Source of the DNA: an uncultured Spirochaetota bacterium
GTDB taxonomy: Bacteria > Spirochaetota > Brevinematia > Brevinematales > JAOACQ01
Direction of reading: 5' to 3'
DNA length: 64,000 nt
NCBI GenBank assembly: GCA_963835575.1
Contig: CAWIGG010000002.1
Location: forward strand, 1,728,001-1,792,000
Shown: positions 31,316 through 41,439 of the stretch, one piece after another
Layout of the letters: every line of letters starts with the position of its first letter
Position numbering within the stretch: position 1 is the stretch's first letter
Notes under the pieces: model-generated
Database searches by the model: none
Told to the model about the DNA's origin: nothing
Seen by the model: the letters and a program-made list of their open reading frames with translations, nothing else
Position numbers and translations under genes: made by a program

Positions 31316-31924
31316 ATGAGCCATATTAAAATTCTACCTTGGAAAGGTAAAGATTATGACACTTCTTCATTTGGCAAAAAAATCCTAATAGTTGGTGAGT
31401 CCCATTACAATGGTGAAAATCAATTACTACGAGATGATGAAATTCGAAATTTTACTATCAATACAATAGGAGAGATTAGTAATAGCGTTTGGACTCATGC
31501 TTACTTCACAAAAATTGCCGCTTCCTTTATTGGAAATAATCCTGATCAAGATATGAAAAAGAAATTTTGGAATTCGATATCATTTTGTAATTTTGTTCAG
31601 GTTATATTTTCAGGACCTAGAATCCAACCTTCAGAGGATGAATACAATAATTCGTTATCTGCTTTTTCCGAAATACTGACTGACTTAAAACCACAACTGT
31701 TAGTTATCTTGAGTTATGGAACTTGGAATCATATACAAAATATTACTGAAATTAAAATATCTAAGAAAGAAAAGGTTTTTATAGAAGGAAAATATGTTGA
31801 ACCGTTTTCAATAAAGTTTGAAAATTTAACTTGTCTTGTTCTAGTATTGCCACATCCATCAACGAAGGAATGGGGCTCTGTATCCTGGTATTCATTTATT
31901 AAAAAGCTGATTGAAATGGCTTAA
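31316..31924 (+). CDS. Uracil-DNA glycosylase superfamily protein
   Basis: ILIVGESHY (motif A-like), F.NFVQ, LKP.LLVIL, LPHPS (motif B). Confidence 0.72.
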   Translation: MSHIKILPWKGKDYDTSSFGKKILIVGESHYNGENQLLRDDEIRNFTINTIGEISNSVWTHAYFTKIAASFIGNNPDQDMKKKFWNSISFCNFVQVIFSGPRIQPSEDEYNNSLSAFSEILTDLKPQLLVILSYGTWNHIQNITEIKISKKEKVFIEGKYVEPFSIKFENLTCLVLVLPHPSTKEWGSVSWYSFIKKLIEMA

Positions 31925-31947
31925 TTAAAATAAAAAGGGACGCCAAT

Positions 31948-32127
31948 ATGGTTCAAACATTCCTTAGCACTGTTATTAATAACGATATCGAATACATAAA
32001 ACATTACCAGGTTGATGTCAACGTTTCTGATGAAGACGGAATAACGGCTTTAATATTTGCGATAAGGGATGAGAATGTTTTTTTGGAATGGCCGTGTCGT
32101 CCTACCGTGGAAATGGTCATATTTTGA
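31948..32127 (+). pseudogene. Truncated duplicate of the ankyrin gene 5' end
   Basis: MVQTFLSTVINNDIEYIKHYQVDVNVSDEDGITALIFAIR matches the N-terminus of 32996..33757, then diverges and stops. Confidence 0.8.
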
Positions 32128-32186
32128 TACTAACTAACTCTTAAAAAAGAAAAATAACAAATTATTATATTATAGAAGGTGCAAAT

Positions 32187-32924
32187 ATGAAAGATGCTTT
32201 AAAAAATCTATATAGCGAATTGTTGATTCACATTAAAGAAAATAAAGATAATTTTCCAGAGTCAAACCTCTGTGTCTTCACTCCTGCAAAGGGTGTGGAA
32301 TATAATAATGATTTATTATTTATAGGAAGAGCAGTAAATGGTTGGGGCAACTATATTGAAAAGGATAAAAATGAATTCTTTATAAATAAATTTAATGATG
32401 TCTGTAAAAGTTATGATGATGAAAACTTGAATTGGATTATAGAAAAGTGGGGAGCTTCAATAGGATACAATACAAAAAAATCAGCTTTTTGGCGATTAAT
32501 AAAAACCATCTCTGATGAATTTTATAAAGATGATATTAATTCAGTAAACAAAGTATCATGGAATAATTTATATAAGATTTCTAATGACAAGGGCGGAAAT
32601 CCATCTTCATCATTAATGAATATTCAATTTGAACTATGTAGAAAGATTTTAAAGCTTGAAATTGAAACATTTAATCCAAAATTCACGATTTTTTTAACAG
32701 GACTTGGCTGGGCTGGAGATTTTATACAACAAGATGATTTTACTGGTTTAGAAACAGATGGCTTAACGTTTGTTGAATTCATTGGTTTGAATAAAAAAGA
32801 CAAGAATGTGTTTATAGTAAGTAAACATCCACAAGGAAAACCAGAAAAAAAACATGCGGAAGAAATAATCAAAGTAATGAAGGATGCCGCAGAAAACAGT
32901 CAGTCAAAAACAAAAATATTATAA
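32187..32924 (+). CDS. Uracil-DNA glycosylase superfamily protein (second type)
   Basis: LLFIGRAVNGW, SAFW, WNNLYKI, EI...NPK..IFLTG, KHPQ. Confidence 0.68.
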   Translation: MKDALKNLYSELLIHIKENKDNFPESNLCVFTPAKGVEYNNDLLFIGRAVNGWGNYIEKDKNEFFINKFNDVCKSYDDENLNWIIEKWGASIGYNTKKSAFWRLIKTISDEFYKDDINSVNKVSWNNLYKISNDKGGNPSSSLMNIQFELCRKILKLEIETFNPKFTIFLTGLGWAGDFIQQDDFTGLETDGLTFVEFIGLNKKDKNVFIVSKHPQGKPEKKHAEEIIKVMKDAAENSQSKTKIL

Positions 32925-32995
32925 AATAAAAAACGTCATCTGTGGCTTTTATTAAATATTTATTCGAAAAACAGCAATAAGAAAAGGATGTCAAA

Positions 32996-33757
32996 ATGAT
33001 TCAAACATTTCTAAGCGCCGTTACAAATAACAATATCGAATTCATAAGGCATTACCAGGGTGATGTCAATGTTTCTGATGAACAAGGATTGACGGCTTTA
33101 ATGGTTGCGATAAGGTATGGTCATTCCGGAATTAAGAAAGTTTTGATTGAGGAAGGCGCTAATGTCAATATGAAGGATAAAGACGGCTGGACAGCCCTGT
33201 TTTATTCAGCCATTAAAGAACATTCTGACGATATAAAGATATTAATTGAGGCCGGGGCAGTAATCAACTCTGTTGATAAATACGGACAGACAGCATTAAT
33301 GCTGGCGGCAAGTGATGGTTATACCGAAACTCTAAAGACTTTGATTGGTTCCGGCGCAGATGTTCATGCGGTTTCAAAACAGGGCTATACAGCTTTATCG
33401 CTGGCGGCATTTTGGGGGAAAACTGAAAACGTTAAAGTCTTGATAGAGGCTGGGGCTAAAAGCGAAGAAGATAAAAGTGGTTTTACGGCATTGATGTTAG
33501 CTTCTGCTATAGGCAATATCGAGTCCATCAAAAGACTGATTGCTGAAAAGGCGGATGTCAATGCGGCAGATTCGCATAATTGGACAGCTTTGAGATATGC
33601 GACAGCTAACTGTCAAACAGAGAGTATTAAGGCATTGATCGAAGCTGGCGCCGATGTTAATGTTAAGGATAAAAACGGCGATTCACTTTTATCTATTGCT
33701 TATAAAACAAAATATGTCGCTATCATCAATATTTTGAAAAAGGCAGGAGCGAAATAG
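32996..33757 (+). CDS. Ankyrin repeat protein
   Basis: About 7 G.TAL..A...G......LI..GADVN repeats. Confidence 0.95.
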   Translation: MIQTFLSAVTNNNIEFIRHYQGDVNVSDEQGLTALMVAIRYGHSGIKKVLIEEGANVNMKDKDGWTALFYSAIKEHSDDIKILIEAGAVINSVDKYGQTALMLAASDGYTETLKTLIGSGADVHAVSKQGYTALSLAAFWGKTENVKVLIEAGAKSEEDKSGFTALMLASAIGNIESIKRLIAEKADVNAADSHNWTALRYATANCQTESIKALIEAGADVNVKDKNGDSLLSIAYKTKYVAIINILKKAGAK

Positions 33758-33763
33758 TCTTGT

Positions 33764-34261
33764 ATGAATAAAACATTTACAGCCATTGATTTTGAAACAG
33801 CTAATTATGAACGCTCCAGTATTTGTCAGGTCGGTCTTGTCAGGGTAGAGAATGGTATAGTGGTTCATAAGATAAATAAGCTAGTCAGACCTCAGCCAAA
33901 TTATTATCTTGAATGGTTTACAAATGATGTACATGGCATATCAACTGAAGATACTGATGATGCACCTGTTTTTTCAGATATTTGGGAAGAAATTTTTTCG
34001 TATATAGAAGGACAGGATGTCGTTGCTCATAATGGTTTTGCCTTTGATTTTGTTTGCTTATCAAAAACATTAGAATACTATAATATTCCAGTGCCAGAAT
34101 ACAAAAAACATTGTACATATAAAATCTTCGGAGAAAATCTCGAAGTTCTATGTGATAGGTATAATATACAACTTAATCATCATAATGCATTGTCTGATGC
34201 TGAGGCATGCGCCGTTCTGTTTCTAAAACATTTAAAAAATGAATTTAGGAATAAGCAATGA
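33764..34261 (+). CDS. DEDDh 3'-5' exonuclease (DnaQ-like)
   Basis: IDFET, AHN..FD, HHNALSDA. Confidence 0.92.
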   Translation: MNKTFTAIDFETANYERSSICQVGLVRVENGIVVHKINKLVRPQPNYYLEWFTNDVHGISTEDTDDAPVFSDIWEEIFSYIEGQDVVAHNGFAFDFVCLSKTLEYYNIPVPEYKKHCTYKIFGENLEVLCDRYNIQLNHHNALSDAEACAVLFLKHLKNEFRNKQ

Positions 34262-34650
34262 TACAAATTGATTTATGTAAGGACGGTTATTTATACATCA
34301 TTTATGCAAGAAATGCAAAAATCGGAATATTTGACGCTCAAAGTAAAGGATTCAGGATTAGTCGATTTAAGTTCGATAGAAATTACAAATTCGTTGAATA
34401 TCATTGGGATAAAAGCTGGGATTCAGGTTGGGATACAGAGTCGAAAGGGACAGTCAGGCCCTATAAAGAATTGTTTAGACCCAGGAAATTGAATTCCGAA
34501 GTGGAATTCCTGGAATTCATGAATGATTACAATAATAAAAATGAAGAAGAAATATTAAATGTATTAAAGGAATTTATTAAGGATGATAATGGACTGGATA
34601 TCGATAGCCGCATGTTATATCTGGATTGTTTGAAGGAAAGGGGAAAGTGA
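34258..34650 (+). CDS. Hypothetical protein
   Basis: 130-aa ORF overlapping the exonuclease stop region. Confidence 0.7.
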   Translation: MIQIDLCKDGYLYIIYARNAKIGIFDAQSKGFRISRFKFDRNYKFVEYHWDKSWDSGWDTESKGTVRPYKELFRPRKLNSEVEFLEFMNDYNNKNEEEILNVLKEFIKDDNGLDIDSRMLYLDCLKERGK

Positions 34651-34722
34651 TGCTATATAATATTTCAAGCGACTCTTCAGTAGAACTTGAACTTAATACT
34701 GAATTTCGAAATGGGGAAATTT

Positions 34723-36027
34723 ATGATTTTTGAGAATATAAGTATAGAAAAGCAATTTATCAATGGGTTGCTGCATAATCAGGATATTTTTCCAATTATC
34801 ATAAATCGTCTAAAGGAAAATGATTTTTTTGACAAGGATTGCGGCCTTGCATATAAATTAATGCGGGAAGATTATTGCACAAAACGAAAAATTGACCTGT
34901 CAAAATTATTGTCTGTTATGGAAGCCCCATCTTATTATTGGCTGTTTTATGATTATGCGGTTAATGAACAATACAATTATATCAGCAAAAATGAACTGCT
35001 GGTAATGACCAATCAAATTTTAGAAATGTCGAGTAATAGGCAAATAAGAGAAAATATAAATATATTAAACCGGAAAGATAGCTTTGAAGCAATCTCAAGG
35101 CATGTGTTAATTCAATGGCTGGACAAACAGATGATGATTTTAAATAAAAATTGTCATCTTCCTGAAATTACAAGTATTAACCAGCTATTCAGTCCTAATT
35201 TTAAAGATACAACCAATTACCATACCGGTTACCAAAATTTTGACAACATGTCGGGAGGAATCCATAATGGCGAACTCTGGGTTATATGCGGCGATAGATG
35301 TATTGGTAAAACTGCTTTTATAATCCCCCCTATATTTGAATTCGTAAAAAAAGGTTTCGAGACGCTTTTTATTTCCGCCGGTTTATCAGAATCAGAAATG
35401 GCAATAAGATTATTATCTTTTCTAACAGGAATCAATATTAAATCCTGTTCATCATTATATAAACATCACCCGCTATCTCAGGATATGGAAAAGGTCATAA
35501 AAGAAATGCAAAATATTCCTCTTCATTTTTTCTTTGATAAAGGCTTGACTGTGAACAAAGTCCGTGATTATCTTAAACAGGAACCAGTCAAAATTTTAGC
35601 AATTGATGGAACCGAATATTTAAGGGCAAACAAGTTAAGATGGAAAGGCCGTAGTTATCTGGATGAAATAGAAGATCCTTTAGAAGTTGAGTTGACCGAC
35701 CGTCAGAACATTTTATGGGAAGAAACATTTTTTGCATTAAAAAATATCGCTAAAGATTATAATATTCCTGTAATTGTTACATGCATGATCAATACGGTTA
35801 AACAGGATCATGAATTTGATAAAGAATGCAAATTAATCTCCCGGATGCCCCCTGGATTAATTGAATATTCAGATTTAGCGGCAGTTATTAATCGCTTGGG
35901 TTATTTTTCAAAGGATGATCCGGAATATACTTTATTGGAAGTTATACATAATAAAAATGGCTCCTCTGGTGATATTAATTTGTCTTTCAATAAAGAATCA
36001 TGGATTTATCAGGAATCAATTTATTGA
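34723..36027 (+). CDS. Degenerate DnaB-like helicase
   Basis: DnaB N-domain (EK..I..LL, L..NDF), TGY.NFD..SGG...GEL, GKT. Later catalytic motifs are altered. Confidence 0.8.
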   Translation: MIFENISIEKQFINGLLHNQDIFPIIINRLKENDFFDKDCGLAYKLMREDYCTKRKIDLSKLLSVMEAPSYYWLFYDYAVNEQYNYISKNELLVMTNQILEMSSNRQIRENINILNRKDSFEAISRHVLIQWLDKQMMILNKNCHLPEITSINQLFSPNFKDTTNYHTGYQNFDNMSGGIHNGELWVICGDRCIGKTAFIIPPIFEFVKKGFETLFISAGLSESEMAIRLLSFLTGINIKSCSSLYKHHPLSQDMEKVIKEMQNIPLHFFFDKGLTVNKVRDYLKQEPVKILAIDGTEYLRANKLRWKGRSYLDEIEDPLEVELTDRQNILWEETFFALKNIAKDYNIPVIVTCMINTVKQDHEFDKECKLISRMPPGLIEYSDLAAVINRLGYFSKDDPEYTLLEVIHNKNGSSGDINLSFNKESWIYQESIY

Positions 36028-36041
36028 ATGGCTTTAGTGTT

Positions 36042-36181
36042 GACCCCAATACTTTGACAGGCTCAGTACAAGTTTTACAGGATTACTCAGGATTTATCAT
36101 GATCATTTTTTAGAATCTTCGATTTTATTTTTTGATCCTGTGCATCCTGTGGTATCAAGTAAATCCTGTTGAATTGGGGTC
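36042..36181. repeat. Long imperfect inverted repeat at the right edge of the WYL island
   Basis: GACCCCAAT...ATTGGGGTC with CAGGAT/ATCCTG periodic arms and a nested CTTTGACAGGCTCAGT unit. Confidence 0.75.
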
Positions 36182-36458
36182 GGAATAATTAAGATATTTC
36201 TAATTTTAACTTTCCGTTCAGACACTATTTAAGCTATTAAAATCGCTCAATTTATATTAACTTGTTATATAGATTTTAATTGCAAAAAAATAAAACCCAA
36301 ACTACAATATCGAATAGTGTGAATAAAGTTCTCCATACTATATAAAATAAATATTTATTATTCTAAATGACAGGCCTGATTATAAAAATTTCATAATACC
36401 GGTCTCGACTATATCGCGGTATTTTTTGATAAAAAATATTTTATAGAAGGAGATAATT

Positions 36459-37640
36459 ATGAGGAAAAAAGAGAAAATCAGCAGGGTCTCTAAACTGATT
36501 GTAATGTTTATTGCTTTTACTTTATTCATTTGTTTTATGCCGGGAACGGCCGGAGCTGCGGGAAATACCGTTAAAATAGGCGCCATCTTTTCTGTAACCG
36601 GGCCGGCTGCCTATTTAGGCGCTCCCGAAGAAAAGACAGCCGTAATGCTGGTGGAAGAAATCAATAAAAACGGCGGGATTAACGGCGCGCAGATTGAGCT
36701 CATCATTAAAGATTCCGGCGGAAGCCCTGAAAAGGCCATTTCCTTCGCGAAACAGCTTATTGAAGAAGACAAAGTTGCCGCCATCATCGGGCCGACAACA
36801 AGCGGCGAATCGATGGCCATAAAAGACCTCTGTGAAAAATCAAAAATGCCCCTTATTTCCTGCGCAGCTGCGGAAACCATAGTCGATCCGATAGCGCATT
36901 ATGTCTTTAAAACCCCCCAGAATGACAGCTATGTCGTGAAATGGATTTACGGAACAATGAAGAAGAAAGGCATAAAAAAGATCGCCGTAGTCTCTTCAAA
37001 CACCGGCTTCGGCGCCGGCGGAAAAGCCCAGCTTGAGAAATACGCCGCCGAATATGGAATTACCATAGTCATCTCGGAAGTTTATGATAAAGCCGCCACA
37101 GATCTTTCCGCTCTTCTGACCAAGGTTAAATCGACCGACGCGCAGGCTTTAGTCAACTGGTCCATTGAACCGGCGCAGTCCATTATCGCTAAAAACATGA
37201 AGCAGATCAATATGACCATACCCCTTTTCCAGAGCCATGGTTTCGGCAACATCAAATATGTTGAAGCGGCAGGCGAAGCCGCCGAAGGTATTATATTCCC
37301 CTGCGGAAGGCTTTTAATCGCCGAAGAACTGCCGGACACCAATCCCCAGAAGAAGCTCCTGATGGCTTATAAAACCGATTATGAAACAAAGTATAAGGAA
37401 CAGACCAGCACTTTCGGCGGCCATGCATATGACGCGATCCTTGTCCTGAAAACAGCTATTGAAATGTCAAAAAGCACAGACAGCGATAAGATCGTCGAAG
37501 CGATTGAGAAGATCACAAATCTACCCGGTACGGCCGGCATATTTAATTTTTCATCCAAAGACCATAACGGTCTAGGTATGGATTCGATTGAAATGCTGAC
37601 AGTAAAGAACGGCAAATTCACTCTGTATAAAGGCAAATAG
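36459..37640 (+). CDS. Liv-family ABC transporter substrate-binding protein
   Basis: KIGA.FS.TGP, IN..GGING, AIIGP..S, AYDA. Confidence 0.92.
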   Translation: MRKKEKISRVSKLIVMFIAFTLFICFMPGTAGAAGNTVKIGAIFSVTGPAAYLGAPEEKTAVMLVEEINKNGGINGAQIELIIKDSGGSPEKAISFAKQLIEEDKVAAIIGPTTSGESMAIKDLCEKSKMPLISCAAAETIVDPIAHYVFKTPQNDSYVVKWIYGTMKKKGIKKIAVVSSNTGFGAGGKAQLEKYAAEYGITIVISEVYDKAATDLSALLTKVKSTDAQALVNWSIEPAQSIIAKNMKQINMTIPLFQSHGFGNIKYVEAAGEAAEGIIFPCGRLLIAEELPDTNPQKKLLMAYKTDYETKYKEQTSTFGGHAYDAILVLKTAIEMSKSTDSDKIVEAIEKITNLPGTAGIFNFSSKDHNGLGMDSIEMLTVKNGKFTLYKGK

Positions 37641-37703
37641 AGAACGGTTATACTAAGAAACAAATTATGAGATCATAATTAAAATCAGTACAAATATATT
37701 AGG

Positions 37704-37728
37704 GAGGCGGCGTTTTAGCCGCCTCTTT
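37704..37728 (+). terminator. Stem-loop after the binding-protein gene (terminator or mRNA stabiliser)
   Basis: GAGGCGGC-GTTTTA-GCCGCCTC-TTT. Confidence 0.6.
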
Positions 37729-37781
37729 ATATTAAAATACGCCGGGAGTGGTTAAAATAATTTAAAGGCAACGGGATCATC

Positions 37782-38870
37782 ATGAATTTTGAATTATTTA
37801 TGCAGTACCTTTTCTCCGGATTGACCTACGGAAGCATCTACGCGATTGTAGCGATCGGCTTTAATATTATTTATAATTCAACCGGCATCATCAATTTTGC
37901 CCAGGGCGAGTTTGTGATGCTGGGCGGGATGATGGCGTATTCCTTTTCGCAGTTTATGCCTCTCTATCTCGCGATCATTCTGGCGGTGCTCATAACAGCG
38001 GGCATCGGTTCACTCATCGAACTGATCTTCATCCGGAGTCTTTATAAATCCACTATCACGCACCTGAATATCATCTTCGGAGGACTGACATTACTGGCCG
38101 TGTCCATTATATACCGCGGCTCTGAAAGTTCCCCGTTTTCTTATATTATGATCACTTTAATTTCCATCATCATTATTCTGGCGGTACTGAACTGCCTCTG
38201 GTATTTATTCAAGCCCTTTCAAAAAATGTTTCAGAAAATCCGGAAGCCGGCTGTTCTGCAGATGATTGTTATTACCATCGGTCTGTCCATTATTTTAAGG
38301 GAGATCGCCCTGCATATCTGGGGAGAACAGGTTAAAACGGTCCCCTATTTTACAGGCAATGAAATATCATCCATCAGCATCCTGGGGGCCCATTTTTCAC
38401 CGCAGATCCTCTGGGTCATCGGCGTTACAATCCTGATCGTCTCCGGCCTGACGCTCTTTTTTAAATTCACTTTAACAGGACAGGCGATGCGCGGATGCTC
38501 GGCTGACAGGGAAGGCGCCAGCCTCTGCGGGATCAACACACAGCTTATGGTCAATCTTTCTTTCGCACTGAGCGCCGGGATCGGCGCGCTGGCCGGATGC
38601 GTTGTCGCGCCGCTGACGCAGACCCATTACGCCATCGGGGCGGACCTGGCCATAAAAGGCTTTACTGTGGCCATCTTCGGCGGCCTGGGGAACAGCATGG
38701 CGGCGGTTTTCGCCGGCCTTATACTGGGTCTTATCGAGTCATTTATCATAACCATATATCCTGAAGCTTATAAGGATGTTGCCGCGATCGTGATACTTTT
38801 ACTGGTCCTTTTCATCAAGCCGAGCGGACTGTTCGGCTCAAAGGAAGCCGGCGCGCTAAAGGAATTTTAA
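37782..38870 (+). CDS. livH: Branched-chain amino acid type ABC permease (LivH-like)
   Basis: GSIYAIVAIGF.IIY..GIINFAQGE, G.AMR, KP.GLFG. Confidence 0.9.
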   Translation: MNFELFMQYLFSGLTYGSIYAIVAIGFNIIYNSTGIINFAQGEFVMLGGMMAYSFSQFMPLYLAIILAVLITAGIGSLIELIFIRSLYKSTITHLNIIFGGLTLLAVSIIYRGSESSPFSYIMITLISIIIILAVLNCLWYLFKPFQKMFQKIRKPAVLQMIVITIGLSIILREIALHIWGEQVKTVPYFTGNEISSISILGAHFSPQILWVIGVTILIVSGLTLFFKFTLTGQAMRGCSADREGASLCGINTQLMVNLSFALSAGIGALAGCVVAPLTQTHYAIGADLAIKGFTVAIFGGLGNSMAAVFAGLILGLIESFIITIYPEAYKDVAAIVILLLVLFIKPSGLFGSKEAGALKEF

Positions 38871-38871
38871 T

Positions 38872-39957
38872 ATGGATTTAAAACGCTATAAACCGGTCGG
38901 CTTACTGGCTGTTTTTATTATTGTCATTCCATTATTGACATCCCTTCTCGGGGTTAATTTTTATCTGACCCAGCTTACCATGTCGGCTTATTATCTTCTG
39001 GTTGCCCTGGGACTCTGCATGCTGATGGGTTATGCCGGTCAGATTTCACTGGGACAGGCCGCTTTTTTCGCTATCGGCGGTTATACATCGGCTTTTCTGA
39101 CAACCTTAAATTTTATGCCGTTTGCCGGATCACCTTTTATTAAATTCTGCGGCGTCATCGGAATAATACTCCAGGGTCAGAATGTCTACGGTGATAAAAT
39201 ACTTTATTTATCTCCCTGGATCGGATTTGCCGCCGCTGTCATTCTGACAGCGGGTATCGCCTTCCTTATTGGCATACCGGTTTTAAAACTTAAAGGACAT
39301 TACCTGGCCATGGCCACGCTCGGCTTCGGGATCATCATCGAAAAAATTGTCCGGGGAACAAAACTTTTCGGCGGAGCTGACGGTATAACAAACGTGCCGG
39401 CTTTCAGCCTTCTTCCCGGGATCAACGTCAGCGGCGAAGTTCAGGACAGGGTCATGAATTATTTTATCGCCTGGTTCTTGATAATCATCGGACTTGTACT
39501 GCTGATCAACCTTATCAATTCCAGGAACGGCCGGGCGCTCCGCGCGCTCCATGGAAGCGAGGAAGCGGCCGATTCCATGGGGATCAATACAGCCCTTTAT
39601 AAGCTTTATGTTTTTGTCATCGGGGCGGTTTTCGCGTCTGTCGCCGGAATATTCATGACCCATTACAACGGCAGCATCGGGCCGGGAGAAGCCAATATCA
39701 TAAAGTCCATCCGTTATGTCGCCATCGTCGCAGTCGGCGGCATGGCGAATCTCTGGGGCACCCTGATTATGGGCCTCATCCTCAATTTTTTATCCCTGCG
39801 CGGCGTGTTCGGCACCTACGATGACGCCGTCTTCGGAGCTATTCTCATTTTTGTCATGATCTTTTCGCCTGAAGGCTTTATCCGCAGGGATGTCCTGAAA
39901 AGCATATTACAATTTTTTAATAATAGAAAGAGTAAAAACAATGAATCTGGAAATTAA
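38872..39957 (+). CDS. livM: ABC permease (LivM-like)
   Basis: GYAGQISLGQAAFFAIG, LKGHYLAMATLGF, GRALRA. Confidence 0.9.
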   Translation: MDLKRYKPVGLLAVFIIVIPLLTSLLGVNFYLTQLTMSAYYLLVALGLCMLMGYAGQISLGQAAFFAIGGYTSAFLTTLNFMPFAGSPFIKFCGVIGIILQGQNVYGDKILYLSPWIGFAAAVILTAGIAFLIGIPVLKLKGHYLAMATLGFGIIIEKIVRGTKLFGGADGITNVPAFSLLPGINVSGEVQDRVMNYFIAWFLIIIGLVLLINLINSRNGRALRALHGSEEAADSMGINTALYKLYVFVIGAVFASVAGIFMTHYNGSIGPGEANIIKSIRYVAIVAVGGMANLWGTLIMGLILNFLSLRGVFGTYDDAVFGAILIFVMIFSPEGFIRRDVLKSILQFFNNRKSKNNESGN

Positions 39958-40702
39958 AGAGCTGGACAAATTCTTCGGCGGGCTGCATGCTGTCAATCAG
40001 GTCAGCTTCGGCGTAAAAGCCGGTTTAATCAAGGCTGTTATCGGGCCGAACGGCGCCGGTAAAACCACCCTGTTTAACCTCATATCAGGATCAATAAAGC
40101 CCAGTTCGGGGCATGTCAGATTCAGGGGCGAAGACATCACAAACCTCAAGCCCTATCAAATCGCCCGCAAAGGTATCATCAGGACTTTTCAGAACCTGAA
40201 GCTGTTCAGGCATATGACAGTCCTGGAGAATGTCATGATCGGCAGGCACACCCGGAGCAAAGCCGGTTTTATTTCAGCCTTCCTCAATCTGCCATGGACA
40301 TGGAAGGAAGAGAGATCGATAAAAGAAGAGGCCCTGAAGGCTATCGAGCTTACGGGAATTAAGGACGTCTGTCATAAGGAAGCCGGGAGCCTCCCCTTCG
40401 GGAAGCAGAGGGCTGTGGAGCTCGCGCGCGCTCTGGCCTCCGAACCGACCTTATTGCTTCTGGACGAACCGGCGTCCGGCCTTAATATCCACGAAACAAA
40501 AGAGCTGTCGCGGCTCATTCTGGAAATCAGGGACAGAGGTATTACCATTTTAATCGTGGAGCATGATATGTCTCTGGTTATGGATATATCGGATGAAATA
40601 ACCGTCCTGAACTTCGGCCGTAAAATAGCCGAAGGTAAGCCGCATGAAATCCAGAAGAATAAAAAAGTAATTAATATTTATCTGGGTGATGAAAATGCTT
40701 AA
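39941..40702 (+). CDS. livG: ABC ATPase (LivG-like)
   Basis: GPNGAGKTT, RTFQ, LDEP, VEHDM. Confidence 0.92.
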   Translation: MNLEIKELDKFFGGLHAVNQVSFGVKAGLIKAVIGPNGAGKTTLFNLISGSIKPSSGHVRFRGEDITNLKPYQIARKGIIRTFQNLKLFRHMTVLENVMIGRHTRSKAGFISAFLNLPWTWKEERSIKEEALKAIELTGIKDVCHKEAGSLPFGKQRAVELARALASEPTLLLLDEPASGLNIHETKELSRLILEIRDRGITILIVEHDMSLVMDISDEITVLNFGRKIAEGKPHEIQKNKKVINIYLGDENA

Positions 40703-41429
40703 AATAAGAAATCTTGAATCGGGATACGGCGGCCTGAGGGTTTTAAAAGGGATTTCCCTGCATGTTGTACCCGGAGAAATAGTGGCCATTATCGGAGCGA
40801 ACGGGGCGGGAAAATCGACATTATTGAATACCATATCCGGCCTGGTCAGGTCCTGGGCGGGCGATATTAATTTTAAAGAAAAGGAAATAACCAAGCTTCC
40901 TCCGGAGAAAATTGTAGCGCTCGGCTGTTCCATGGTGGCCGAAGGCAGAAAATTATTCGCTCCGATGACAGTCAGGGAAAATTTGATGCTGGGCAGTTAT
41001 ATACTATATAATAGAAGGGAGAAACAAAAAATCAAGGAAGAGCTCGCGTTTATTTATTCCATGTTCCCGGTGCTCAAGGAAAGGGAAAGCCAGCTCTCAG
41101 GTACGCTTTCGGGCGGGGAACAGCAGATGCTGGCGATCGGCAGAGCGCTGATGAGCTGTCCGGACCTGATCATGATGGACGAGCCGTCGATGGGGCTCGC
41201 GCCTCTGATCATTAAGAATATTTTCGGCGTCATCGCCAGGCTCAGGGACGAGGGAAAAACAATCCTGGTCGTGGAACAGAACGCGAAGGCTATTTTAAAA
41301 ATCGCCGATAGGGGCTATGTCATGGAAACGGGAAGCCTGATCCTGGAAGGTTCGAGCGGGGAACTTCTGAATAACCGCGATGTACAGAGAGCGTATCTCG
41401 GCAAGGATTATAAATCCATTGCCGGGTAA
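40686..41429 (+). CDS. livF: ABC ATPase (LivF-like)
   Basis: GANGAGKST, LSGGEQQM, DEPSMGLAP, VEQN. Confidence 0.92.
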   Translation: MMKMLKIRNLESGYGGLRVLKGISLHVVPGEIVAIIGANGAGKSTLLNTISGLVRSWAGDINFKEKEITKLPPEKIVALGCSMVAEGRKLFAPMTVRENLMLGSYILYNRREKQKIKEELAFIYSMFPVLKERESQLSGTLSGGEQQMLAIGRALMSCPDLIMMDEPSMGLAPLIIKNIFGVIARLRDEGKTILVVEQNAKAILKIADRGYVMETGSLILEGSSGELLNNRDVQRAYLGKDYKSIAG

Positions 41430-41439
41430 TAATAAAATA

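Noticed and set aside
29575..36027. Prophage remnant (because of the DnaB-like gene and exonuclease)
   Set aside because: No integrase, structural or lysis genes and no att repeats seen.
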